DNA of 64,000 nt from Octopus vulgaris. Lineage: Eukaryota. Where the stretch lies: NCBI GenBank assembly GCA_951406725.2, contig OX597832.1:23250001-23314000 (forward strand). The letters run 5' to 3'. The notes beneath the pieces were generated by a model. The model was not told the DNA's origin. It saw only the letters and a program-made list of their open reading frames with translations, and did no database searches. This document shows, in pieces, positions 41,876 to 52,329 of this stretch (positions are counted from its first letter, which is position 1; every line of letters starts with the position of its first letter). The translations under genes were made by a program, and so were the position numbers.

Positions 41876-42682
41876 AATACACATAAAAAAATACATATAT
41901 ATATATATATATATATATACAATTACACATAAATAAATACATACATATATATATATATATGTATACAATTATACATAAATGAATACATACATACATATGT
42001 ATATAAGTATGTATGTATGTGTGTATATATATGTGTATATATATATATTTAATATATTATAGAAACAAACCCAAATGTTATTATAATATTTTGAATGAGT
42101 GCATATGTAAGTTTGTGTATGTAGATATATATATATATATATAAAACATACATACAATTTCATGTATTTGCATACTTACGCGTGTATTGATGCGCACGCA
42201 TTCATGTATACAAACCATTCTATACACCGCACCTGAAACTCTATTCCGTTGCCGAAGCTTTCTCTTCATTAAACGAATTTAATATCACGTCTTTTACATA
42301 GAAACAAATAAAAACAGAAGCCAACATCTCAATTTCTTTATCAAAGCACTGAATAATATCAAAAATATCATTCAAATTCTGACATTTCCCATGTTTCATA
42401 GTTCCTGATATATTATTATTTTAACACGCATTCATTCGCTTTAAAATCGTGTGTTTATTCAGCTTCAGAAGTTTCTTGCATTTTGTTAGTCTTCTCTGTT
42501 CGTATTAATGATAAAAACATAGTTTTCCTATTGTTTTCCTCTACGTAATGCTCTCCAATGACTTTCAACGAAACCTTTCATGTAATTGAGAAGTGTTGGT
42601 TATATATGTTGGAGGGTCTGTAATTTATTCGCCTGTCAATCATCAACTTCATTCATGCACATTTATATAGGCGTGTACAATC

Positions 42683-43020
42683 GTACGAGGCTCTATTAAC
42701 GAGTTCTCGGACTAGTTCTGTGGCGCGCCAACAGATGGCAGCACACGGTTATGTGCGCAGTGAGAGCTAGCAGTGACCTTCATGAGGCAGTGTTCCGAGT
42801 GGCATCGCTGTGTTTACTTCATAAGTTGTTAAATTTGTGAAATTGCGATCACGCGTATGTTTTCTCGTCTGCGATTTCGCTATGGACAGGAAAAAAAGAG
42901 CCAACATGAAAATTTGCATTAGAATTGGGCAGCCTTCTATGGAGACATTGGGAATGTCAAATGCAAGAAGGCACACTTCAACAGCTGGTTCGGAGACGTT
43001 GACTTATATCAACCCCGTGG
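42683..43020 (+). mobile_element. Mariner-type DNA transposon 5' remnant
   Basis: TACGAGG...GAGTTCTCGGACT TIR-like start. MDRKKRANMKICIRIGQPSMETLGM resembles the mariner transposase N-terminus (xRANxKFCxKLGKSATETxxM). Confidence 0.55.
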
Positions 43021-43208
43021 AAGATCTCATATAGATACTCCTAACATAACATCATATTCAGATTGTATGTCATCATGTCTTTTGTGTGGGTCTAATGGCA
43101 AGCTTGTATAATAAATTTGGGGGAAAATGAATGGGCGTTCTTCCAAGTTTTCCTCTGACAATCTGTGCAGAGAGACCTTTAATTTCCACCTAAGTATTTC
43201 GTCAGTGT

Positions 43209-43498
43209 GGAAGCACATGGCCTAGTGGTTACAGCAGCGGACTCGCGGTCGAGGGTTGGCGGGCTCGAATCTCAGACCGGGCGATGTGTGTGTTTATGAG
43301 CGAAACACATAAACTCCACGCGGATCTGGCAGAAGGTAATGGCGATCTTCTGCTGACTCTTTCGCCACAACTTTCTCTCAATCTTTCCTCCTGCATCTTG
43401 CAACTCACCTGCGACGGACCGGCGTCACGTCCAGGTGGGGAACCTATACGCCAAGGAAACCGGGAAACCAGGCATGGCTTGAGAAGCAACAAACAACA
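43209..43498 (+). mobile_element. tRNA-derived SINE (family C-related head, different 3' part)
   Basis: A-box TGGCCTAGTGG, B-box-like GGCTCGAATCTC. CACAACTTTCTCTCA is shared with 55340. CCTGCGACGGACCGGCGTCACGTCCAGG resembles a V-type SINE domain. Confidence 0.7.
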
Positions 43499-43873
43499 GC
43501 ATTTTGTCAGTGGTGGAGGAATTTCAAAGCAATCTACGATCACTCTACCATCTGAGTAGATTGCCCTATCACCTGAGATTATAAATGGCGATAAAAGTAT
43601 CACGCCACAGGACGCTCTGAATGAAGTGGGGACTTACTGGCAGAATATCAATGCCAGGGGCAAGGGAGGGCTTATTTGTTTAAAGAAATCCACGGAAAGA
43701 GCTGCGTATATATGTATAACTACATACAAACACACACAGATTTATATATGTGTATGTATATATGCGTGTATGTATGTATGTATGCATGTAAACAAATACA
43801 GATATAGTGATATATAGCCATGTATACACATACATACACGTAGGTAAACGCATACGATTATGTGTGTGTGTGC

Positions 43874-43926
<53 letters not shown>

Positions 43927-44119
43927 AGTTTATATCAATATTAGATCGCATCAATACTAGATTCTGAAGAACAAGCCTCAAGTGGAGAATGGATTTCCGT
44001 TTATTACCTACGATGCACTGATTGCTTCTTAGGTTTTCACTTGAATACAAGTACACAAATTTAATAATAAATAAGGCATTTCGATATATATATATATATA
44101 TACATATATATACATACAT

Positions 44120-44180
<61 letters not shown>

Positions 44181-44730
44181 CAGATAGATAGATAGATATA
44201 AATATAGATATATACATTATATATATATACACACATATAATTATATACATATAAACATGTATGTTTGTATATATATATATACATATATGTATATATATAT
44301 ATGTATGTATGTATATATATACATTTACGTGAATGAGAAACAATAAAAATATTTGCATATGTATGTAATGTATGCGTGTATGTATATTTTTATATCAATG
44401 TAAATGTGTTACGTTCTCAATTTTCCTTGTGTAGAATCACGTTATAGTACCTGTATGTTTACGTGTGTATATGTGATTGTATGTTTGTGTGTGCGCGTCT
44501 GTGTATGTGTGAGTGCGTGTGTGTGTTTGATTGTCTCTCTATGTCTCACCGTTTATATATATGTACAGACACTCCAAATTTCATCTTCTAGTTATTTCGC
44601 TCTTTCAAAATTGCTTGGTACAAAATACTTATATACACACTTTCTACATAAATGTATACGTACATTTTACCCCCCCACACACACACACCTACGGCCACGC
44701 TGGAACATACACTTGTTTATATATACATGC

Positions 44731-44881
<151 letters not shown>

Positions 44882-44916
44882 TATATTTATATATATACGC
44901 ACATACATATATAATG

Positions 44917-45253
44917 GGACTGCTGTCCCCATTGTGCCGACTGCTTCATCTCGGGCAAGGACGATGTACTGCAATAGCTTGGGTCTCAAGGGCCCACAGG
45001 TATTTAACTGTCTGCCGAAGCCTCTGAGGAGCCTTCATGGAGTACATGTAGACGATTTCAAACGTGAACTTGACCTTTGGCTCCTCGAGATCCCGGATGA
45101 GCCAATATCTAAGCGAGAAACTCAAAAGAGGGCAGTAGCATCGAATTCCGTCCTTCACCAGACGCCGCTCCGACAAAGGTAGAAAGTGGAAAGATGATTT
45201 CAATGGCGGTGCTCCAGCATGACCACAGTTATTCGATTGAAACATATAAGAGA
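44917..45253 (+). mobile_element. 5'-truncated copy of the CR1-group LINE (copy 3): ORF2 C-terminus + 3' UTR
   Basis: [46 protein letters not shown]...[11 protein letters not shown], then GGCGGTGCTCCAGCATGACCACAGTTATTCGATTGAAAC (45205-45243). (TA)n on both sides. Confidence 0.9.
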
Positions 45254-45270
45254 ATATATACATATATATA

Positions 45271-45341
<71 letters not shown>

Positions 45342-45419
45342 TTTACTCTTTTACTCTTTTACTTGTTTCAGCCATCCGGCTGAGGCCATGCTGGGGCACC
45401 GCCCTTGTTGCTACCCTCT

Positions 45420-48400
45420 CTAAGTCCAGTTTGCCGTGGCTGGCCACTGATCTAAGAGAGAGTTTGTAGCTGCTGCCCTTAGGTTACCTTCGTACCTTGC
45501 AGTGGGTTCATCTGGGATCCCGGAAAGCAGCTTGTCTAGATGTTTTTTGAAAATGTCCACATCCGCATCATGTAGATCTCTTAGTTTTCTTGGCAGTTTG
45601 TTGAACAGCTGAGGGCCCCTGAACCCCAGGCTATTACAGTATCTGCTCCTTACCCTGGATGTGGAAGACGGGACCTTTGGCACCACACAGTGACGACCTG
45701 TACGGGGATTGGAACAGCTCTCAATTCCAAAATTTGGTGCTAGTCCCTCCAGGATTTTCCATATGTATATCACTGCATATCTCTCTCGTCTTCGTTCCAA
45801 GGAGTACAAATTGAGTTCCCTAAGCCTCTCCCAATAGTTCTTTTCTTTCATGGTGGAAATCCTCTTGGTGAAATGTCTTTGGATTGTCTCAAGCTCTGTG
45901 GTTAGTTTGACACTATGCGGTGACCACAGTTGGGAGCAGTAGTCTAGGCGGCTTAGGACAAATGTCCTCCATAGTGTCAACATGGTCTCGCAGTCTCTTG
46001 TCCGGAATGTCCTCAGGATCCAGCCAGTGAGTCGTCTGCACATTGTCGCCACCTTCGCGATGTGTGAAGAAAAAGATGCATCGTCACTCATGTCTATCCC
46101 CAGGTCCCGTATTGATTTCGATACTGGGATTTCGATCCCTCCTGGACCAGTATAGTTGTGTTGTAATGTATATGTGTTTACAGCTTGATATTGTAAGGTT
46201 TGAAATTTACCAGCATTAAATTGCATGTTGTTGTCTTCAGCCCATTTGTATATGGCATCCAGATCTTGTTGTAAAAGGTCAGCATCAGCTGGGTTTTTGA
46301 TTGCCTGTGCTACCTTTGTGTCATCAGCATAGCTAGTGAGGGATGTTGTTTGTGCTACCAAGGGCATGTCAGAGAGCGCCACCAAAAACAGCAAGGGTCC
46401 CAAGACTGTGCCCTGTGGCACCCCGCTTGCTATTGGTGTCTTTCCCGAGAGGGCTCCATTGGCTGCAACCATCTGGCTTCTGTCCTTCAGGAAGTCATGT
46501 ATCCACTCACCTACTTTTCCTGTTATGCCGAGTCTGAGTAATTTGTGACATATCACTCCGTGGTCGACTTTGTCAAAGGCCTTCGCAAAGTCGAGATATA
46601 CCACATCCACCTGTGAGCGATCCAGTAGTTGTTTCAGTACCCAGTCGTAGTGTTGTAACAGCTGCGTAAGGCAGCTTCTTCCTGGGCGAAAGCCATGCTG
46701 TGTGTCAGTGAGACGGTTAGTTTCTTCGAGGAACGTGATCAGTTTTTTTCTGATGATTCGTTCCATGACCTTACTTATGTGTGACGTCAGGGAGACTGGC
46801 CTGTAGTTTTTGGCCTCTGCTCTACTCCCTCCTTTGTGGATAGGGCATATGGTGCCTTCTTTTAGCGCCCTGGGCAGTTTACCGTTAGCCAAGGAACCAC
46901 TGAAGAGCATCTTCAGTGGTCCCGCTAGGGCATGCCTGCATGTTTTTAGGAGGACTGCTGGGAATCCATCTGGTCCAGCAGCTGAGTTTATTCTCATTTC
47001 TTCTATGGCAGATATTACATCCCTCTCTGTTATGTCTATGTGGTCGATGGTTGTTGTTTGGTTTTGGAGTGTTGTGGCATCAAAGAAAACTTCTGGGTTT
47101 GTGATTTGCATGTGCCCCAGAGGGGATGTGAACACACTTTTATACTGTTCCTTTAGTATTTCACTTATCCCTTGGGGGTCCTCAGTTAGAGAGCCCTTTT
47201 TATCAAAGAGTGGGCCAATCTTGCAGTGTACCGAGGTGGTTTCTTTCGCAAATTTAAAGAAAGCTTTAGGGTTTGTTTTAATATTCTCTATGGCCCTGGC
47301 TTCTCTCTCTGCCCTCTCCTTCTCATAGGAAAGTTTGAGTGCAGTTTCCGTTTCAAAAAGTTTCAGGTGGAGTCCCTTATTGTTTCTCTGCCGTGCATTC
47401 AGTTGCTTCGAGAGCTTAGCTCTTCGCCTCATAAGTATTTTCCTGTCTCTGGGAATAACGTTCCTATGCCCGCTGGCTTTTTTCTCCGGGACAAACTTAT
47501 GGCATATGTTCTGTATTGTTGTCATGAAATGTTGGAAATGTGTGTTGGTCTCTTGTGTGGTGATGAAGTCACTCCAGTCATGTTTTCGGATCTCTTCGTT
47601 GATCTTCTTCCAGTTTGCCTTATGGAAGTTTAGACTGGATAGGCCTGTGGTATTTTCTAATGGCTGCGTCTCAACTAACTCTCTCATACCATATATCATT
47701 ACCTCTACTAAGTTGTGATCTGAGAGAATTGTAGGTGTTACCATTATGTTGTGGATGAGCATCGGGTTGCTTGTGAAACAGAGGTCCAAGACATTCTCAC
47801 CTCTTGTTGGCCGAAGCACTGCTTGTTCCATGAAAAACTTGCGTGTGAGAGCCAACAAGGACTCTGTCTGTCTCTGTTCAAGTGATGTCATTCCAGGGAG
47901 GAGATGGCCATCTGGCCATTTGACTTTCGGAAGGTTAAAATCTCCCAGCAGTAGAATGGTGTTACCCTGGTCCAGTTTGTCCAGGACTTCTTCTATTCTT
48001 CTGAGGCTATCTTCAAACACTCCTTCATGACTAGGGGTGTCTGGTGGCCGATATGTGACACATATTACTATTTTCGGTTGTTTCATGTGTACTATCAGTG
48101 TGTCACAGACTGAGTTTGAGTGTGTCAACAGTACTATGGGTGTGACATCTTCACGGACGTACAGGGCAACCCCACCATGAGTTCTTTCCTTCCTGTCTGA
48201 CCGAAAAACAGTATACTTTGGTACGTGTATTTCTGCATCTGCTATACTGCTTGACAGGTGCGTTTCAGTCAGCGCTATGCATATTGCATGGTTGCTTGTG
48301 CTTAAGTCCCTAAGGTAAGGAATTTTACTCATATTAGTGGGTTTCACCAGACCTCTGACATTCAGCAGAAGCACTGGTGAGATATTTGGGGTGTCAATAA

Positions 48401-48443
48401 AGGCTGTCGGTGTGGCACCTGGGCTGGTGTCAGTGGTGGCCAC
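45420..48443 (-). CDS. LINE ORF2: APE endonuclease + reverse transcriptase (~1000 aa; true start uncertain)
   Basis: LLLNVRG, LTETHL, YRPP, GDFN, SDH; NYRPVSLTS, YLDFAKAFDKVDH, GVPQGTVLGPLLF, YADD, RDLG, LYSLERRRERY. No stops; frame open up to 48692; first ATG only at 48332. Confidence 0.95.
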   Translation of the reverse strand: MATTDTSPGATPTAFIDTPNISPVLLLNVRGLVKPTNMSKIPYLRDLSTSNHAICIALTETHLSSSIADAEIHVPKYTVFRSDRKERTHGGVALYVREDVTPIVLLTHSNSVCDTLIVHMKQPKIVICVTYRPPDTPSHEGVFEDSLRRIEEVLDKLDQGNTILLLGDFNLPKVKWPDGHLLPGMTSLEQRQTESLLALTRKFFMEQAVLRPTRGENVLDLCFTSNPMLIHNIMVTPTILSDHNLVEVMIYGMRELVETQPLENTTGLSSLNFHKANWKKINEEIRKHDWSDFITTQETNTHFQHFMTTIQNICHKFVPEKKASGHRNVIPRDRKILMRRRAKLSKQLNARQRNNKGLHLKLFETETALKLSYEKERAEREARAIENIKTNPKAFFKFAKETTSVHCKIGPLFDKKGSLTEDPQGISEILKEQYKSVFTSPLGHMQITNPEVFFDATTLQNQTTTIDHIDITERDVISAIEEMRINSAAGPDGFPAVLLKTCRHALAGPLKMLFSGSLANGKLPRALKEGTICPIHKGGSRAEAKNYRPVSLTSHISKVMERIIRKKLITFLEETNRLTDTQHGFRPGRSCLTQLLQHYDWVLKQLLDRSQVDVVYLDFAKAFDKVDHGVICHKLLRLGITGKVGEWIHDFLKDRSQMVAANGALSGKTPIASGVPQGTVLGPLLFLVALSDMPLVAQTTSLTSYADDTKVAQAIKNPADADLLQQDLDAIYKWAEDNNMQFNAGKFQTLQYQAVNTYTLQHNYTGPGGIEIPVSKSIRDLGIDMSDDASFSSHIAKVATMCRRLTGWILRTFRTRDCETMLTLWRTFVLSRLDYCSQLWSPHSVKLTTELETIQRHFTKRISTMKEKNYWERLRELNLYSLERRRERYAVIYIWKILEGLAPNFGIESCSNPRTGRHCVVPKVPSSTSRVRSRYCNSLGFRGPQLFNKLPRKLRDLHDADVDIFKKHLDKLLSGIPDEPTARYEGNLRAAATNSLLDQWPATANWT

Positions 48444-49315
48444 CCTGGGTCCCTTGATTGTGGTGGTCTTGAGTGCTGTTGTGAGTGCCCCTGGCTCTGA
48501 AGACGATGTATCCAGGCCAGTTGTCCCACAATTTTCTCTGCTATTTCCACAAAATTTCTTTGTTCTGCTGCCGCCGTCTGCATTTCCTCTGCAAATGTGC
48601 GCCTTCTCCTTGTTGGGGCATTCCGCACTATGTCTGCATATTTCTGGGGCAGCTTGAATTTGTTCTGGTTTTGGTTTCGGTCTTGGTTTTGGTTAAGGCA
48701 TTTTGGTCGAGTGGGTTTGATGCAATTTCCATAGGGCCTGGGATGAGCGAACCTGCATCCTTCCCCTGTTTCTCCATGCCAGCAGGTTCCATTCCGGAAG
48801 AATTTGCATGTTATCTGGGTTTTCTTGTCCCCAGTTCCTCTCTGTTTTTTCTTCCTCCGTTGGACGGTTGTCCACTGGTTCCTTTCTGCATAGGTCTTTT
48901 CATCCGGCTGGTTATTTTCTGTTTCCCCATCGCCTCCTATCTGTTGTTTGCCCTGCTTGCCTTCTTCGACTGTGGCTGTGGGTGTGTCATTTTTTGACAC
49001 TCTGTGGTTGGTGTTTCCTGTTTCCATCTCTCTCTCTTTGTCTTTATCCACCTTGAGGACTTGGCTTAGCAAAGCCATGTGTGGTGCAATGAGAGTGTAG
49101 GCCCTTTCAACTTCTCTTCTCTTCCTCTCTACCTGCGCCAACGTCCTCATAAAGCCATGGCTTTTCAGGGTCGCCACTATGTTTTTAGTTGGTTGCGATC
49201 TGTCGGCCGAGGTCCATCCTCTGATGAAAACTTCCAGCTCTACTTTCGTCCAGTTACGCTGGCTTTTGTTGACGCCAGTGTTTGCATTTACCTCTAATTT
49301 TTGCATGTTGTCCAT
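48362..49315 (-). CDS. LINE ORF1, 317 aa: Myb/SANT-trihelix-like domain, CCCH zinc finger, YADIVR motif, C-terminal helix
   Basis: NWTKVELEVFIRGW...IVATLKSHGFMRTLAQVERK; CKFFRNGTCWHGETGEGCRFAH (48743-48808); homologous to 4995-5884. Confidence 0.88.
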   Translation of the reverse strand: MDNMQKLEVNANTGVNKSQRNWTKVELEVFIRGWTSADRSQPTKNIVATLKSHGFMRTLAQVERKRREVERAYTLIAPHMALLSQVLKVDKDKEREMETGNTNHRVSKNDTPTATVEEGKQGKQQIGGDGETENNQPDEKTYAERNQWTTVQRRKKKQRGTGDKKTQITCKFFRNGTCWHGETGEGCRFAHPRPYGNCIKPTRPKCLNQNQDRNQNQNKFKLPQKYADIVRNAPTRRRRTFAEEMQTAAAEQRNFVEIAEKIVGQLAWIHRLQSQGHSQQHSRPPQSRDPGWPPLTPAQVPHRQPLLTPQISHQCFC

Positions 49316-49473
49316 TCCGTTGTAGCGGGGAGAGAGAGAGAAGCTGTGAGGGAAAAAGGGAGAAGGGAGGAGAGATGAAGAGATTGTGAGGAAGGGAGGG
49401 TGAGAGAGAGGAAAAGAAGACTGTTTGGGGAAAGAGAGAGAGAGGGGTGAGAGAGAGGCAGGGAAGGAAAGCG

Positions 49474-50042
<569 letters not shown>

Positions 50043-50044
50043 CA

Positions 50045-50361
50045 GAGGGCGTGGCTTAGTCGTTAGGGCATTCGGCTCATGATCGTAAGGTTGAGAGTTC
50101 GATTCCCGGCGACGCGTTGTGTCCTTGAACAAGACACTTTTTTTCACGTTGCTCAGTCCACTCAGCTGGCAAAAATGAGTTGTACTTGTATTTCAAAGGG
50201 TCAGCCTTGTCACTCTCTGTGTCACGCTGATTATCCCCGAGAACTACGTTAAGGGTACACGTGTTTGTGGAATGCTCAGCCATTTGCACGTTAATTTCAC
50301 GAGCAAGCTGTTCCGTTGATCGTATCAGCTGGGACCCTCGTCGTCGTAACCGGCAGAGTCA
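50045..50361 (+). mobile_element. tRNA-derived SINE family C (OK-like), full length
   Basis: A-box TGGCTTAGTCG, B-box GTTCGATTCC, GTGTCCTTGAACAAGACACTTT body; 3' GAGAACTACGTTAAGGGTACACGTG...CCCTCGTCGTCGTAACCG shared with 55440-55555. Confidence 0.88.
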
Positions 50362-50409
50362 TTTAATATATATAACATCTATATATAATAATAATAATAA
50401 TAATAATAA

Positions 50410-50956
50410 CTGATCTTAACTGATTGGAAGTGTTATCACTGAGCTTAACTGATTGGAAGTGTTATCATGTACATTGTTTTGTCTTGGTATAAAAGATGGG
50501 CTACAGTAAATATTCTGCTCAATACCACAGATTTGCTTGTCAGTTGCTTGACCTTAACCAGTTGAGCATGTCCCTTGGTGGCTGACGATACGTGCGTCTC
50601 TGATCACGAGCTGAAGTAGTGGGGGAGCATCATAGCCATGTGTTGAGAGGGATTCTTTGGGGTTTGAATATTTCACCTCTGGAAACATGGGTGGTTCTTT
50701 CAACATCCTTAAACAACACTTATTCAGGGACCGTTTGAGCGGGATGGGCTACTCAACCTGAAGAAAATTCTAACTGGGCCCCACCTGCAAGGTTATGTAC
50801 TGTTTATCTTGATATGAGATCACCATGTCGCGCACATATGGTTGTGATGTATGTGCCTGGTGTGCCCTTATCAGACGGGTAATCATGATGGGTATATTGG
50901 GCTTCGTATATTTTACCCCAGTGTCACTTTGATGGCATGAACTGCTCTCTCACTCA
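50410..50956. mobile_element. Non-coding interspersed-repeat-like segment bounded by (TAA)n
   Basis: More GC-rich than its flanks, (TAA)n on both sides, short internal direct repeat CTTAACTGATTGGAAGTGTTATCA. Family not assigned. Confidence 0.4.
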
Positions 50957-51073
50957 ATGATAATAATAATAATAATATTAGGGAGTATTAATTATATTTA
51001 TTTTTGGCTTTTTATGTTTTGGTTTATGTCTATCACTGTTTGAATTGCCAAATAGTGGTTTTATCCCTATTTA

Positions 51074-51109
<36 letters not shown>

Positions 51110-51583
51110 ATATGCATATTTACACATGCATACATACATACATATGTATATGACTATCTATCCGTGAGAATTTTCTTATTCGTGCTCGATTACGTGTGTC
51201 TCTATCGTACGTGTCGATCTATAAACGCTCACAGATTTTTACGAATTGATAGACAAGAACGACTTGTTCCCTACAAAGCTTACATTATAATTCAATGCAT
51301 GCGGTAATTTCTGGAAGTAGCGGTCAAGACACACTGCAGAAAAGAGTCACTGCTACTGCAGTCAGAATGTATTTTCCATACGTTTCTAAAGAACCTTTGC
51401 TATATCTCTCTCTCTCTGTCTCTTTCTGTCTCTGCCTCTCTGTCTTGTTCCGACATTGCTTTATTGAGCAGAAGGTTAATCGGTGCATGATAAAAGTATG
51501 TATTAACGTAAATGCACCAAGTGTGAACTTAGTGTCAACGACATGAATAGCGGACAGTGTTTCTCTGAAATTGGTTTTAACTG

Positions 51584-51618
<35 letters not shown>

Positions 51619-51842
51619 TTCGGTTCGGTTGATGCTTTTATTTTATTCATCACGTATTCACGTCTGATAGTAGAGCTCTTCTTTCGACGCGGTGCTGCGA
51701 TTAGATCTTTGTAACTTTGTAACCGTGTGTTTACACTTGTATAAACAGACACATTCACACGTATACTTAAGTATAAACATATATACGTATGTATACAGAC
51801 ATATACACAAACACATACACACATATGTATATATATTTATAA

Positions 51843-51878
<36 letters not shown>

Positions 51879-51884
<6 letters not shown>

Positions 51885-51933
51885 TTTATAGAAGGAGCTT
51901 CTACAGGACTAGAACTGTTATATATAAATATAT

Positions 51934-51981
<48 letters not shown>

Positions 51982-52169
51982 TTTATAGAAGGAGCTTCTA
52001 CAGGACTAGAACTGTTTCATTCAAAAGAAATCATCAGGAGCTTCCTGATGATTTCTTTTGAATGAAACAGTTCTAGTCCTGTAGAAGCTCCTTCTATAAA
52101 ATAAATTAATTTACTCTGCTATGTATTGAGTACCTTATTGACTGTGGTTAACCCCGACTCAACCCGGGA

Positions 52170-52170
<1 letters not shown>
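51879..52170 (+). mobile_element. Penelope-like pseudo-LTR remnant with an inverted duplication
   Basis: Perfect 64-bp arms 51976-52039 and 52043-52106, extra partial copy at 51879-51919, hammerhead inside, embedded in (TA)n. Confidence 0.65.
52037..52091 (+). ncRNA. Type I hammerhead ribozyme
   Basis: GGAGCTTC-CTGATGA-TTTCTTTTGAAT-GAA-ACAG-TTCTAGTC-CTGT-A-GAAGCTCC: 8-bp stem I, intact core, 4-bp stem III, GUA cleavage triplet (52081-52083). Stem II is weak (U-U closing, TTC/GAA). Confidence 0.75.
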
Positions 52171-52251
<81 letters not shown>

Positions 52252-52298
52252 CATGTATGTATATATATATAGCTTTCACGTTACGTCTCTACACCCAC

Positions 52299-52329
<31 letters not shown>

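Larger units (their letters stand above)
45337..49473 (-). mobile_element. Apparently intact full-length CR1-group LINE (copy 2)
   Basis: CT-rich 5' UTR, uninterrupted ORF1 and ORF2, 3' hairpin motif (45365-45403) and (AGTAAAAG)n tail abutting (TA)n. Confidence 0.93.

Noticed and set aside
46336-49297. Plus-strand ORFs antisense to LINE copy 2 (and minus-strand ORFs over copy 1)
   Set aside because: Shadow frames of a long coding sequence with no recognisable motifs
50045-50110. tRNA-like heads here and at 43209, 55245 and 58560 as tRNA genes
   Set aside because: A/B boxes are present but continue into SINE bodies with no acceptor stem or terminator; they are SINE heads
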